Shown: piece after piece, positions 7,989-17,279 of the stretch
How the letters are laid out: the number at the start of each line of letters is the position of its first letter
How positions within the stretch are numbered: the stretch's first letter is position 1
DNA from: Methanomassiliicoccales archaeon
GTDB taxonomy: Archaea; Thermoplasmatota; Thermoplasmata; Methanomassiliicoccales; JAAEEP01
Direction: 5' to 3'
DNA: 43,732 nucleotides
Assembly (NCBI GenBank): GCA_035529155.1
Contig: DATKXF010000043.1
Span: 1 to 43,732, forward strand
Notes under the pieces: model-generated
Seen by the model: the letters and a program-made list of their open reading frames with translations, nothing else
Database searches by the model: none
Told to the model about the DNA's origin: nothing
Position numbers and translations under genes: made by a program

Positions 7989-10384
7989 GTCTCAAGGACC
8001 AGACCGCTTGAGCCGTCCTCCCCCTCCTTGACATAGATGACGTTTCCCATGAATTCCTTCACGTCGTCTATGTGGGTAATGAGAAATATCTGCTTGAACT
8101 TGTTGGACAACCGGTTCAAGGTGGACAATATGTTCCTTTTCCTGGTCTGATCCTGGGATCCGAAAATCTCGTCGAGTATGAGGAAATCTACGCTGCTTCC
8201 GGATCTATCAGCGATCACCCTTGAAATCGCAAGTCTCAAGCAGAGGTTGGCGAGATCCCCCTCCCCACCAGAATAGCGCTCCAGCCTGAACTTCTCCCCC
8301 CCGTCGAAGATGAAGACGTTGTAATCCTTGTCAATCTCCATGCCTCCGTACTTGGACTCGGTCATCTCGTTGAAAATGGATGACGATATCTCGGAAAGGG
8401 TGGGAACTATCCTGGAGATGAGATTTGACTTGAAGTCCCCCATGAGATTCGCCAAGGTGGTCATCATGAAGATCCTGCCCTCGTAATCTTTCTTGAGCTG
8501 AACCTTCTCCTTCAAAGCCTTCAGCTCGTTCTTCAGGGTCTCCTTTTTTCCATCGAGCACCCTAATCTCCCCGTTGAGTTCGGATATGCGAGCCCCGAGC
8601 TTGTCCCTGGAGGACAGCAGGGTCTCGTACCTTTCCCTCAAAGAGGCCAGCTTCTCCTCGTTATAACCTATGGATTCCAGTTTGATCGCGACCTCGTCCA
8701 TGCTACCTCGCTGGTCAGCCATCGCCTTGTCCAACCCGGTGATCTCCTCTGAAAGTCGAGGGAGCCGCTCGAGCCTGCCCCGTATCTCCCCATATCTCCT
8801 GGCAGGACCCTTCAGATTATCGATCTGCTGCTTGACATCCTCAAAGGACTTTTCATCAAAAGTGACGTCACCCAGCTCTTCAAGTCTGGAAACAAGATCA
8901 GAGATCTCATCGTTCAGCTCGCTCATCTTGTTCTGGCATCCTCTGATCCCTTCCCGCAGTTTGGCTAGTTCGAGTTGGGAAGCCCTGAGTTTCTCGAGGC
9001 GGCTCTCCAGCACCTCTTTCCTTTTGGTCTCCTTCTCCAGATCGATCTCAAGTCTCGATCTCTCCTCTGTGAATTTGTATATGCTCTCCTTGGACTTCTC
9101 TATCTCACTGTTCATCTTATCCAGTAGGAACTGGTGTTGATCCTCGAGCTTCCTCTCGCAAGTAGGGCAATTGCTCTCTGGACCCAATCGATTAATATCA
9201 TCCCACTTGGCAAGGGTTTCGTCCCTCTCCCTGGCTTTCCCTCTAATCTCGGCACCCAGTTCGCTGATCCTTCCCCGTATTCGGGAGATGGAATCCTCGG
9301 CTTGCTTAAGGGCTCCGCTCACCTTGGGGATACCGGTCTCAGGGTCCCCGATACCGGAGACCGATTCCTGACTCCGGCCGATCTTCTCTTCGATGGCTAA
9401 TACCTGGTCCCTGAGGGAGTCCAACCTTTGCTTGATCGACACCATCTCCTGGTATGGGGTCCGGGCTCCATCCATGGTCTCTTTGACCTCGACCAGCCTT
9501 TCCAGCAGTTCGCTCTTCTTCCTCAGGTCCTCCAGCTCACTATTGAGGGTTTCCAGGGTTTGCCTCTCTTTGAGAGCAGACAGCTTCCGATCCTCGAGAC
9601 CTTTGAGGTAGCTCCTCTTACCCGCAAGTTCTCTTTGCATCCTGTGGAACTCGCCTTCGATGGACACCAATGCATCCCTCTCCTCCCTTACCTCAGCGAT
9701 ATGCTTGTCCACCTGCTCTCTCTCGGCCTTTACCGATTCCATGTTATTTTTGTGAACATCCACGATTCGTTCGATCTCCTCGATGTCCACCATAATCTTC
9801 TGTGTTCTGTCCTTTCCCTCTCCATCCAGCAGCATGTCCGAATATGCCCTGACCTGGCTCTCCAGTCCTGATCTGTCGGTCCTGATCGAGCTGATGACCC
9901 TATCGAGGACGTCGATGTCCAACATTCTCAGGATGAGTTGCCTCCTCTCTCCTGGAGGAAGGATCGAAAGGGCGTCAAGGTCCTTCTGTCTAGCGAACAC
10001 CGAAATGAAGAATGCCTTGTAGTCCATTCCAAGTCTTTCCGCGAGAACCTGGATGACAGCCCTGTCACCGTCCGCCTGCAGTTGATTGTTGATGTCCAAG
10101 GTGACCATCATCTTCAGGTCCTTACCACGCATCTCCCGATGCACCCTATATTGATCGCCATCCATCTCAAATTCTAAGAGTACTGAGCACTCATCCCCCG
10201 GCGAAGCTCCGGTCCAGCGTACCTCTTCCTTGCTAGTCCTCTGGGCATCATTGCCGTACAAAGCCCATGAGATAGCCTCGATTAAGGTGCTCTTTCCAAC
10301 ACCGTTGGGGCCGATGATGCCTATGACTCCATCCGGGAACTCAACTGCCGCGTGTCTGAATTTACGGTAATTGTGAAGCTCCAT
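7985..10384 (-). CDS. rad50: DNA double-strand break repair ATPase Rad50
   Basis: Walker A 'GPNGVGKST', a long E/K/L-rich coiled coil, a central zinc hook 'CPTCERKL', the signature 'YSGGE', and Walker B 'FLILDE'. Confidence 0.95.
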   Translation of the reverse strand: MELHNYRKFRHAAVEFPDGVIGIIGPNGVGKSTLIEAISWALYGNDAQRTSKEEVRWTGASPGDECSVLLEFEMDGDQYRVHREMRGKDLKMMVTLDINNQLQADGDRAVIQVLAERLGMDYKAFFISVFARQKDLDALSILPPGERRQLILRMLDIDVLDRVISSIRTDRSGLESQVRAYSDMLLDGEGKDRTQKIMVDIEEIERIVDVHKNNMESVKAEREQVDKHIAEVREERDALVSIEGEFHRMQRELAGKRSYLKGLEDRKLSALKERQTLETLNSELEDLRKKSELLERLVEVKETMDGARTPYQEMVSIKQRLDSLRDQVLAIEEKIGRSQESVSGIGDPETGIPKVSGALKQAEDSISRIRGRISELGAEIRGKARERDETLAKWDDINRLGPESNCPTCERKLEDQHQFLLDKMNSEIEKSKESIYKFTEERSRLEIDLEKETKRKEVLESRLEKLRASQLELAKLREGIRGCQNKMSELNDEISDLVSRLEELGDVTFDEKSFEDVKQQIDNLKGPARRYGEIRGRLERLPRLSEEITGLDKAMADQRGSMDEVAIKLESIGYNEEKLASLRERYETLLSSRDKLGARISELNGEIRVLDGKKETLKNELKALKEKVQLKKDYEGRIFMMTTLANLMGDFKSNLISRIVPTLSEISSSIFNEMTESKYGGMEIDKDYNVFIFDGGEKFRLERYSGGEGDLANLCLRLAISRVIADRSGSSVDFLILDEIFGSQDQTRKRNILSTLNRLSNKFKQIFLITHIDDVKEFMGNVIYVKEGEDGSSGLVLET

Positions 10385-10389
10385 GTATC

Positions 10390-11511
10390 TCAGTCTGATT
10401 CTTCCAGCCCCCTCGTTAGGTATTCCAGACCCTTCTCCTGCAGAGAATCCTTATCCACTTTCTCCACTGGATAATGTTCAAGGAAGGTGACGAACTCGTG
10501 TTCCAGGGAGTCAATTCTGGAGCTGGTCCATTGGACCGAAATTCCATCCTGTTTCATCTCGAACCTACGCTCGAAGTGCATCGCGCCAGAGCTGAGCTGA
10601 TCGATGCGATGGAAGTCGAGCGCTCTGTAGGTGCTCGAGGGGATGTTCCTCACCACCAACCTCACTATCCTCCCCTGGAGTTCCTGGCCTTCTAATAGGT
10701 CAACTATCTCCTTCTGGAGGGAGGAATGGTCCATCTTGTTAGCGTCCAGGGGACCGAGGTCGAGCATGGGCCTTGTCCAGAGTTCATGGAACAACCTAGT
10801 TCCGCTCTCCAGGTCCACCTCCAAAAATCCCTTCCTCTGCCTTGCCTCGGAGAAGGAGAATCGCTCTGTGGATCCCGAGTAGCAGGCGTTGTACATTACC
10901 TCGCTGTACTCGTGAAAGTGCCCCAATGCTATGTAATCGAAATCAGGTCTGAGATATGACGTGTTGATTAACTGCTCGTTGAACTCATCCATCTTGAAGA
11001 CCCCGAGTCCGATCACGCCTCCATGTAGCATGGCCACATCGTACTTCTCCTTCCTTGAGGGCTTTAACAGCTGAAGCTGCTCGTGGAGGTTATCCCCCTC
11101 CGTATGGGGCATAGCGTGGATGGTCATATCCCCAATTTCGATTTGCTCTAACCTCCCGCGGAAGACTGGGTGAATGTCCCTGATGTAATCGAAAACCCTC
11201 ATAACCGACCCGGTCTCCCGGAGTCTAGGCGTTGAATGGTTCCCCGCGATCACCACCACGGGTATCCCCGATTCCGTCAGCCTTATCAGTTGGTCAAGTG
11301 CGAAGGTGAGCGCCCTATTCGTAGGCCTGACCGAGTCGAAGAGGTCGCCACTATGCAGGACCGCGTCGGGCTTTAATTCAATGGCCTTGTCGACGAACCG
11401 CTCGAAGGCGTTGTACACGTCGACCTCTCTCTGGTTTAGTCCGGTCTCCTCGTCGACCTTTCTATACGTCGTATAACCCAGATGCGTGTCTGAGACGTGG
11501 ACTATCCTCAA
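10390..11511 (-). CDS. mre11: DNA double-strand break repair nuclease Mre11
   Basis: Calcineurin-like phosphoesterase motifs 'HVSDTHLG', 'SGDLFD', 'AGNHS', 'MLHG' and 'GHFH'. It lies 5 nt upstream of rad50. Confidence 0.95.
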   Translation of the reverse strand: MRIVHVSDTHLGYTTYRKVDEETGLNQREVDVYNAFERFVDKAIELKPDAVLHSGDLFDSVRPTNRALTFALDQLIRLTESGIPVVVIAGNHSTPRLRETGSVMRVFDYIRDIHPVFRGRLEQIEIGDMTIHAMPHTEGDNLHEQLQLLKPSRKEKYDVAMLHGGVIGLGVFKMDEFNEQLINTSYLRPDFDYIALGHFHEYSEVMYNACYSGSTERFSFSEARQRKGFLEVDLESGTRLFHELWTRPMLDLGPLDANKMDHSSLQKEIVDLLEGQELQGRIVRLVVRNIPSSTYRALDFHRIDQLSSGAMHFERRFEMKQDGISVQWTSSRIDSLEHEFVTFLEHYPVEKVDKDSLQEKGLEYLTRGLEESD

Positions 11512-11672
11512 AATTCACCCCTCTCGTTCAACGATGCCTCAATCCCTAATGTCAATGCTTTTTAATATGATTATCAAGACCCCTCTGAAATTACCGTTGA
11601 GAATCTACTTCTCCTCTTGCCTTTTATCAATTCCGCAATTCCTGCAGTCCATTATGAAAGGGTCACGCACTC

Positions 11673-13217
11673 CTAGAAGAATCGGAAGTCCTTCTCCGAT
11701 GTCTTGATATCCTCTTTGCTATCGGCATTCGATGAAGATAGTTCTTTCCCAAGCCTCTCCTCGTAGAGATGGACCTTCACTGGTACGGCGAAGGGTGTGA
11801 ATGGCGAGGCGATCAGAGCCTCTCCTGGCATGAGCATCTGTATCTCGTTATCGAGTCGGGATACGTCCTGCTTGGCCGAGTCTCTGAGAATGCTCCTGTC
11901 CCTCTTATCGGCTAGTCCCAATATGAACAGCGTGTTGAACTGGGAGATGATTTCCTCATCTATCAGCTTGGGCTGCTGCGATACCGCGCAAAGGCCCACC
12001 TTGAACTTCCTCCCCTCCCTGGCGATCTGGGCGAAGACCGATCCTTTCGCCTCTGATAGGACACGCTGGGCCTCCTCCATGGCGATCAGCACTGGAGGGA
12101 TGCGGTCGAAGGCTCCCTTGTCGGAATACATCGACTTGTTCTTCTCGAAGACGGCCCTGGATAGAACTGTGGAAATCAGGAGTTCCTCTGCTTCGAACAT
12201 GTTCGAGGTATCCACCAGTACAACCTTACCACAATGGAGGCAGTCCATGATGTGTCTGGTCACCGATAGCTTGGGATCGGTGGTGATGAGCCCGAACTGG
12301 AATATGCTTTCCAGCCTCCTCTTGATGACGTTGATCGTCCCTTCGTGGAACCTTCCCGACAGATCTTCCGATATCTCTGATACTCCTTTCTCGTCAAGAT
12401 CGACCAACCAAGACTCGCCGTATTTGAACTGTGCCGCCTGCAGGCACTCCAGCTGTGGTTGCGTGAACTCGTAGAGGTTCTGCAGGTCGGCGATCTCGAT
12501 TTCCCTTGCAGCAATACGAAGGGAGTTGTAAGGGCCGTCCAGTGGTCGTGAGCTGAATACCTCCAGGGAATTCTTCACTTTCGCCTGAGAGAGTCCCATT
12601 TTGCCCTTCTCGCCTCCGTCGTAGTACTCGCCATGGGGATCCATGATCAGAAAACCGTATGTCTTAGAATGCATGCAGGAGAGGGCCAGGTTCTTCATCA
12701 GGTTGCTTTTGCCCATTCCGGTGGTGGCGAATATCCCGATGTGGTGTGGTATCGCCCTTCCGGATATGCCAACCGAGAAATCGAGAACGCTATCTCCAGA
12801 CCGAAGATTGCCCACCTCGATATCTCCAAGGAAACGCTCTAGGAAACGGTAGTCCTCCTCTGTCGCCCTTCTGACCTTCGAGAAGTGTGAAGGCAAACTC
12901 TTTGTCTTCCTGAAGACCTCCCCCTCGATGTACCCCAAAGGAACGCACACGCCAAGACGATAGAGCCGGTCTTGATAGAGGGACGGATCACCATGACCCC
13001 CGGCGTCCTTTGCCAAGAGCTCTCCAGCCTCCTTCTTCATCCAGTCATCTCGCTCGGCGTCCGCCCCGTACTCGATGTCCATGACCCTGATAAGGTACTT
13101 TGTTCCATTCCCATCATCGTCAACGATGAGCATCTCGCCGACCTGAAGAGGTTCATCACAGCCCGCTCTGAAACTGGTCTCGAGAACCCTGTTCCCCACT
13201 ACTCGGCCCATGTGCAT
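11673..13217 (-). CDS. herA: HerA-type (FtsK-HerA superfamily) hexameric helicase/ATPase
   Basis: N-terminal barrel-like segment, Walker A 'GIFATTGMGKSNL', Walker B 'VLIAMEEAQRV', and position upstream of mre11-rad50. Confidence 0.85.
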   Translation of the reverse strand: MHMGRVVGNRVLETSFRAGCDEPLQVGEMLIVDDDGNGTKYLIRVMDIEYGADAERDDWMKKEAGELLAKDAGGHGDPSLYQDRLYRLGVCVPLGYIEGEVFRKTKSLPSHFSKVRRATEEDYRFLERFLGDIEVGNLRSGDSVLDFSVGISGRAIPHHIGIFATTGMGKSNLMKNLALSCMHSKTYGFLIMDPHGEYYDGGEKGKMGLSQAKVKNSLEVFSSRPLDGPYNSLRIAAREIEIADLQNLYEFTQPQLECLQAAQFKYGESWLVDLDEKGVSEISEDLSGRFHEGTINVIKRRLESIFQFGLITTDPKLSVTRHIMDCLHCGKVVLVDTSNMFEAEELLISTVLSRAVFEKNKSMYSDKGAFDRIPPVLIAMEEAQRVLSEAKGSVFAQIAREGRKFKVGLCAVSQQPKLIDEEIISQFNTLFILGLADKRDRSILRDSAKQDVSRLDNEIQMLMPGEALIASPFTPFAVPVKVHLYEERLGKELSSSNADSKEDIKTSEKDFRFF

Positions 13218-13326
13218 TCAAGTGTTCCTCCTTTCGGTTGCGGAACTATGGGCCAATCGGTCTACTGTTTAAAATCGTTTCCTGGTGTGGACTGAAAATG
13301 AATTTACAAGAGAAATAGAAAATGGA

Positions 13327-13518
13327 TCAAGGGTTGGAATTTACTTCTAACCTCATGATCCTCTTTGCCATGTCCTCTAGGAGGGGCCATGACTTGTAAT
13401 CACAGACCATCGCAGGTAGGGGGCAGTTGTGGCAGGTGAGGCTATCTAGCATCTCTTTCTCCGCACCGTACATGTCAAAGTAGCAACCCTTAGGGCGCAT
13501 CTCGCAATCGTTCTGCAT
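13327..13518 (-). CDS. Small Cys-rich hypothetical protein (63 aa)
   Basis: ATG ORF with five Cys (including 'CHNCP'), on the same strand as herA and 109 nt upstream of it. Codon usage looks coding-like. No recognisable family. Confidence 0.35.
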   Translation of the reverse strand: MQNDCEMRPKGCYFDMYGAEKEMLDSLTCHNCPLPAMVCDYKSWPLLEDMAKRIMRLEVNSNP

Positions 13519-13717
13519 TTTATCGATTTGAAAATTAAAGACATCTAGTACTTAATCATGGCTGGGTAACCAAAATTCTGGGATGATTAGTTCAGCATTG
13601 GATTCCCATGGCCCAATCCTTATTAATCCAAATCGGGATTGACCCGACGTGTCGCGAAGGGGCGTCTCCTCACCGTTCTTCAAACAGTCGCAAATCACAG
13701 GCCCTGGGCAGTTCAAG

Positions 13718-14638
13718 ATGAGCGAGCCCGAGCTCCATCTGATGGGAGAAGATGAGCCCAGGAGAAAGCCGACCATAAAGGTCATTGGTGTGGGGGGAGC
13801 GGGATGCAATGCCATCACCGATTCACCTTTCAATAACATTGCAGTCTGCACCGCATTGGAGGACACTCGGGCGGTCAGGCTTGAATCACGTGTCCTGGTA
13901 AACCCCGACCATATAGATTTCATGAAAGAGACCCCGTTCAGGACAGTAAGGTCCATCAAGTTCGAATTCAAGGATTGGTTGGAGGAGGCGGTGGGCGAGC
14001 CAGACATCGTCTTCGTCTTTGCGGGTCTCGGGGGAGACACAGGTAGCTACATCGCGCCGGTGGTGGCTGACGTCTGTAAGAAGAAGGCAGGGCTATGCAT
14101 CTCCAGCGTTGCCCTTCCATTCTCAGTCGAGGGAAAAGACCGCAGATGCGTGGCCGACTGCTGCCTGACGAAAGTATGCGAAGCCTCGGATATCACCATG
14201 ACCTATCCCAACGACCATCTGCTAAAGATGGTCCCCAACCTTCCACTGGGAAAGGCATTCAATGTAATGAACCGGATCATGATGGTGCCTTTGTTGGAGC
14301 TGGAGAAGGTTCTTACGGTTGGAGACCTTGAGGTGGTGAGACGGGATTTCACTCGTTCCCATTCCTGCCGCCTTGGGGTGGGAACAGGATCCGGAGAACT
14401 CGGTGAACTGAGGGCTCTTGAAGAGGCGATAACCTCTCCATGGTTCGACTTTGATAAGGATCGCGTCATGTCCGCCCTGGTAACGATATCCTCAGGCGAG
14501 GTGGAGGAGGAGGCTGTGTGCAGGGTGCTCGATGAGCTGAGTAAGAGAATGCCCTATGCCCGAATCAACTACGCAGGAATATGCGACAAAGATCTGGGCG
14601 CCAAATACAAGGTCATGTTGGTTCTGGGATTCGCGTGA
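13718..14638 (+). CDS. Divergent FtsZ/tubulin-family paralogue with degenerate GTPase loops and no C-terminal tail
   Basis: 'IKVIGVGGAGCNAI' (T1), 'FAGLGGDTGSYIAPVVAD' (T4-like), 'ALPFSVEGK', 'YPNDHLLKMVPNLPLGKAF', 'LTVGDLEVV' (T7-like). I prefer the ATG at 13718 over the GTG at 13649. Confidence 0.8.
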   Translation: MSEPELHLMGEDEPRRKPTIKVIGVGGAGCNAITDSPFNNIAVCTALEDTRAVRLESRVLVNPDHIDFMKETPFRTVRSIKFEFKDWLEEAVGEPDIVFVFAGLGGDTGSYIAPVVADVCKKKAGLCISSVALPFSVEGKDRRCVADCCLTKVCEASDITMTYPNDHLLKMVPNLPLGKAFNVMNRIMMVPLLELEKVLTVGDLEVVRRDFTRSHSCRLGVGTGSGELGELRALEEAITSPWFDFDKDRVMSALVTISSGEVEEEAVCRVLDELSKRMPYARINYAGICDKDLGAKYKVMLVLGFA

Positions 14639-14639
14639 C

Positions 14640-16409
14640 TCATTTATGTTCCTCACTATCCTTCATTCCCTCCCTTATGGCATCACACACCCTGGTGTGA
14701 ACGGAGTGGAAAGTGCTCCAGAGTATGTAGACCGTTATTCCGCTGAGCACCACAAGTGCCAAGAGCAGGAACCACGGGACCCCTTCCGCCATGGAGATGA
14801 ATGGAAGTATCAGGAACAAAATGATCATTCCAGCTATGGCGGAGATTATACTTGCGAAGACCTTGTGAATTATTCTGGGATCACCTTCGCTGCATTCCTC
14901 CGATTCAACCGTCCAGGTTGTGAAGAGATCGGTGATTCTTCTCAAATGGCTCACCATGCTGGCGATGAGAGGGGCCAGCAGTATCAATGTGACCATCAAG
15001 AGCCCGATTGCCAGGAGACCCTCGTCGATTCCCGAAAGTGGTGGAAGGTTCCTCAGGCCGTAGACGAGGTTAGCCCCTATCACGATGACAACCAGGACTA
15101 TGACATCGATAAAAATCATGCCGATCTCGTGCCTCACCTCCGCGGTCCTGGTGGATGAGCTCGATATCCTCTTTCTGGTGATCGTCCTCATATCCTCGAT
15201 GCTGATGATGACGGATTTCATCGAGGGCGGCAGTCGTGATTTAATCCACTGGACGATCTTGGGGGAACGCCATTGTATTAGGGGATATACCAGCATAGTC
15301 ATGAGTGTCGCTGCAAGAACAGAGGAATAGAAACCTCCCCCAATGATGCCTGTGTCCAGGCCGACCTTGGCGATTATTATGGAAAACTCTCCCATGGTGA
15401 CCATGCTCAAGCCAGCGAGGAGAGAGTTCTCGGCACTTCTGTTCGCCACGTAGGCGGCGAAGGTCACGGCGAAGATACTAGCCATGATGAAGACCGCCGC
15501 GATGAGAACTGCCGTGGGAATGCTCTCCCCCAGGGTGGTCGGATCGATGATCATTCCCATGGAGACGAAGAATATGGCCACGAAAAGTATGTTGACGGGG
15601 CGCACATTGGACGCTACCATATCAGCCGATTTGGCCTGGGAGATTATGATCCCCATGATGAATGCCCCGATCGCCACTGACAGCTCGACCGCAAGCGATA
15701 ACAGCACCATGCCGAAGCAGAGTCCCAAAGAGACAAGGAGCACCGTCTCCTGCCTGAATTCCCTGCACATACGGTCTATTGCTCTTGGGACCACCAGCAG
15801 TCCTAAGGTCAATCCAACAGCTATGAAAAGTACTACCTTGAGGGCGATCTCGATCACCGGGAAGATATCCAGCGACGCATCGCTTGTCATTGGCGAGATG
15901 AGCGCGAGAACGATGATCACGAAGAAGTCCTCGATGATGAGCATTCCTATCACCGCGCTACCGCAGTCACTTCCCACAGTTCCCCGGTCTATTAGCGTCT
16001 TTGTGATGAGCGCTGTCGAGCTGATGGCCATTACCGATCCCAGCAGGAACGATTCAATCGTCCCCCATCCTAGCAGTGAGCCGAGGGAGTAACCGATCGC
16101 CATCATTATGGTTATCTCGATCGTACCTGCCACGGCCGCGAACAGTCCGATCTTTCGGAGCCGTTTCAGGTTGAACTCCAGTCCCAGAGAGAACATGAGG
16201 AGTATGATGCCCAGGTCGGCAAAGAACGACACCGAATCTGGATCCCTCACGGTAAGGAAGGGTATGACCCCAGCTCCCAGTATGAGTCCTCCAAGTAGGT
16301 ATCCGATGGCCGGAGGATATTTCAGCCGAGGTAGAATCAGGGCCGAGATGCCGACCACTATCATTATTACCGTAATATCTACGATGAAGTCCATCCCGAT
16401 CTCAGCCAA
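14640..16409 (-). CDS. Cation:proton antiporter (CPA2/Kef-like) membrane protein
   Basis: Multi-pass hydrophobic protein. The N-terminus 'LILPRLKYPPAIGYLLGGLILG' and 'LLMFSLGLEF' are typical of the Na+/H+ exchanger family. It carries an extra C-terminal membrane segment. Confidence 0.8.
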   Translation of the reverse strand: MAEIGMDFIVDITVIMIVVGISALILPRLKYPPAIGYLLGGLILGAGVIPFLTVRDPDSVSFFADLGIILLMFSLGLEFNLKRLRKIGLFAAVAGTIEITIMMAIGYSLGSLLGWGTIESFLLGSVMAISSTALITKTLIDRGTVGSDCGSAVIGMLIIEDFFVIIVLALISPMTSDASLDIFPVIEIALKVVLFIAVGLTLGLLVVPRAIDRMCREFRQETVLLVSLGLCFGMVLLSLAVELSVAIGAFIMGIIISQAKSADMVASNVRPVNILFVAIFFVSMGMIIDPTTLGESIPTAVLIAAVFIMASIFAVTFAAYVANRSAENSLLAGLSMVTMGEFSIIIAKVGLDTGIIGGGFYSSVLAATLMTMLVYPLIQWRSPKIVQWIKSRLPPSMKSVIISIEDMRTITRKRISSSSTRTAEVRHEIGMIFIDVIVLVVIVIGANLVYGLRNLPPLSGIDEGLLAIGLLMVTLILLAPLIASMVSHLRRITDLFTTWTVESEECSEGDPRIIHKVFASIISAIAGMIILFLILPFISMAEGVPWFLLLALVVLSGITVYILWSTFHSVHTRVCDAIREGMKDSEEHK

Positions 16410-16478
16410 CCGACACCCCTGCCATCAAGAATCCAAGGTTGCAAATAACGTGATTCTTTGATTTGGACCTATCGAATC

Positions 16479-17270
16479 TTAATCCTCAATGATGTCCTCT
16501 GGGGCTGAGGCGAAACTCACCAGGAACTTCGCTTCCATGAAGTGGAGCTTACCCGGTATCACCAGGCAATGAAGAGGGGACCCCATGTCCAATTTCGACA
16601 TCCGTTCTGGATACCCAGCTGACACCTTTTCACTCGAGGAACCCACCCTGGCCGCAGCGCAGATGAGCGTCTTCTCACGGATGAGTCCCTTCCCCACCCT
16701 GGTTTCTGCCTCCATCAACCACTTGACCGCCTCCATGGAACTCATGTACCTTCCCTCGTCCTGCTTGATGTCAAGTAGCACAAGAGTGTGCAGACCTCTT
16801 TCCATGTTCTCCACGATGTTATCATAGGGGCTGGTGGGAAAGTACCCGGGTTCATGGAGGGGCAGGGTCACAGTTCTACCGAACTTGTATGGCTGAAGAC
16901 CCAGGGCGGATGCCGCGGCAGTGAAGATAGATACCCCATGTATCAGTGTGGTCGGTATTCCACGCTCCTCCGCTCTCAACCTGATATCGACGTGGGTAGT
17001 GGCGGCCATGGTGTCCCCCGCCGTGATGAACGCCACCTTTCCCCTGCTGGCAGCCTCCACTATGAGATCCTGTTCCTCGACCTCCTTTCTCTTGAGCACG
17101 GTAATGGGCCTACCCAGTTCCTCTTCAAGCTCTTCCACGGAACAGTCTATCAGAGAAGAAGTGTAGAACTCAGCAAATACCTCGTCCGCCTCCTTCAGGC
17201 GCTCGAAAGCGCGTCTGCTCATGTCCTTTGGTCCGCCCAGTCCTAAACCGACAAATATCAATTCGCCCAT
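16479..17270 (-). CDS. dph5: Diphthine synthase
   Basis: 'LIFVGLGLG...', 'FAEFYTS', 'VAFITAGDTMAATTH' and 'LHCLVIPG' are tetrapyrrole-methylase-fold Dph5 motifs. I prefer the ATG at 17270 (MGELIF) over 17285. Confidence 0.9.
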   Translation of the reverse strand: MGELIFVGLGLGGPKDMSRRAFERLKEADEVFAEFYTSSLIDCSVEELEEELGRPITVLKRKEVEEQDLIVEAASRGKVAFITAGDTMAATTHVDIRLRAEERGIPTTLIHGVSIFTAAASALGLQPYKFGRTVTLPLHEPGYFPTSPYDNIVENMERGLHTLVLLDIKQDEGRYMSSMEAVKWLMEAETRVGKGLIREKTLICAAARVGSSSEKVSAGYPERMSKLDMGSPLHCLVIPGKLHFMEAKFLVSFASAPEDIIED

Positions 17271-17279
17271 GATACCACC

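Noticed and set aside
8670-10177. Series of 66-156-aa plus-strand ORFs inside rad50
   Set aside because: They are S/L/R-rich low-complexity mirror images of the E/K/L-rich Rad50 coiled coil on the opposite strand, which is a classic antisense artefact.
13597-13632. ATTGGAT ... ATCCAAA motifs upstream of the FtsZ-like gene, resembling the btu-leader half-sites
   Set aside because: The half-sites are 22 nt apart rather than 5 nt, one arm is imperfect, and there is a single occurrence. This is consistent with chance, so I do not call it an operator.
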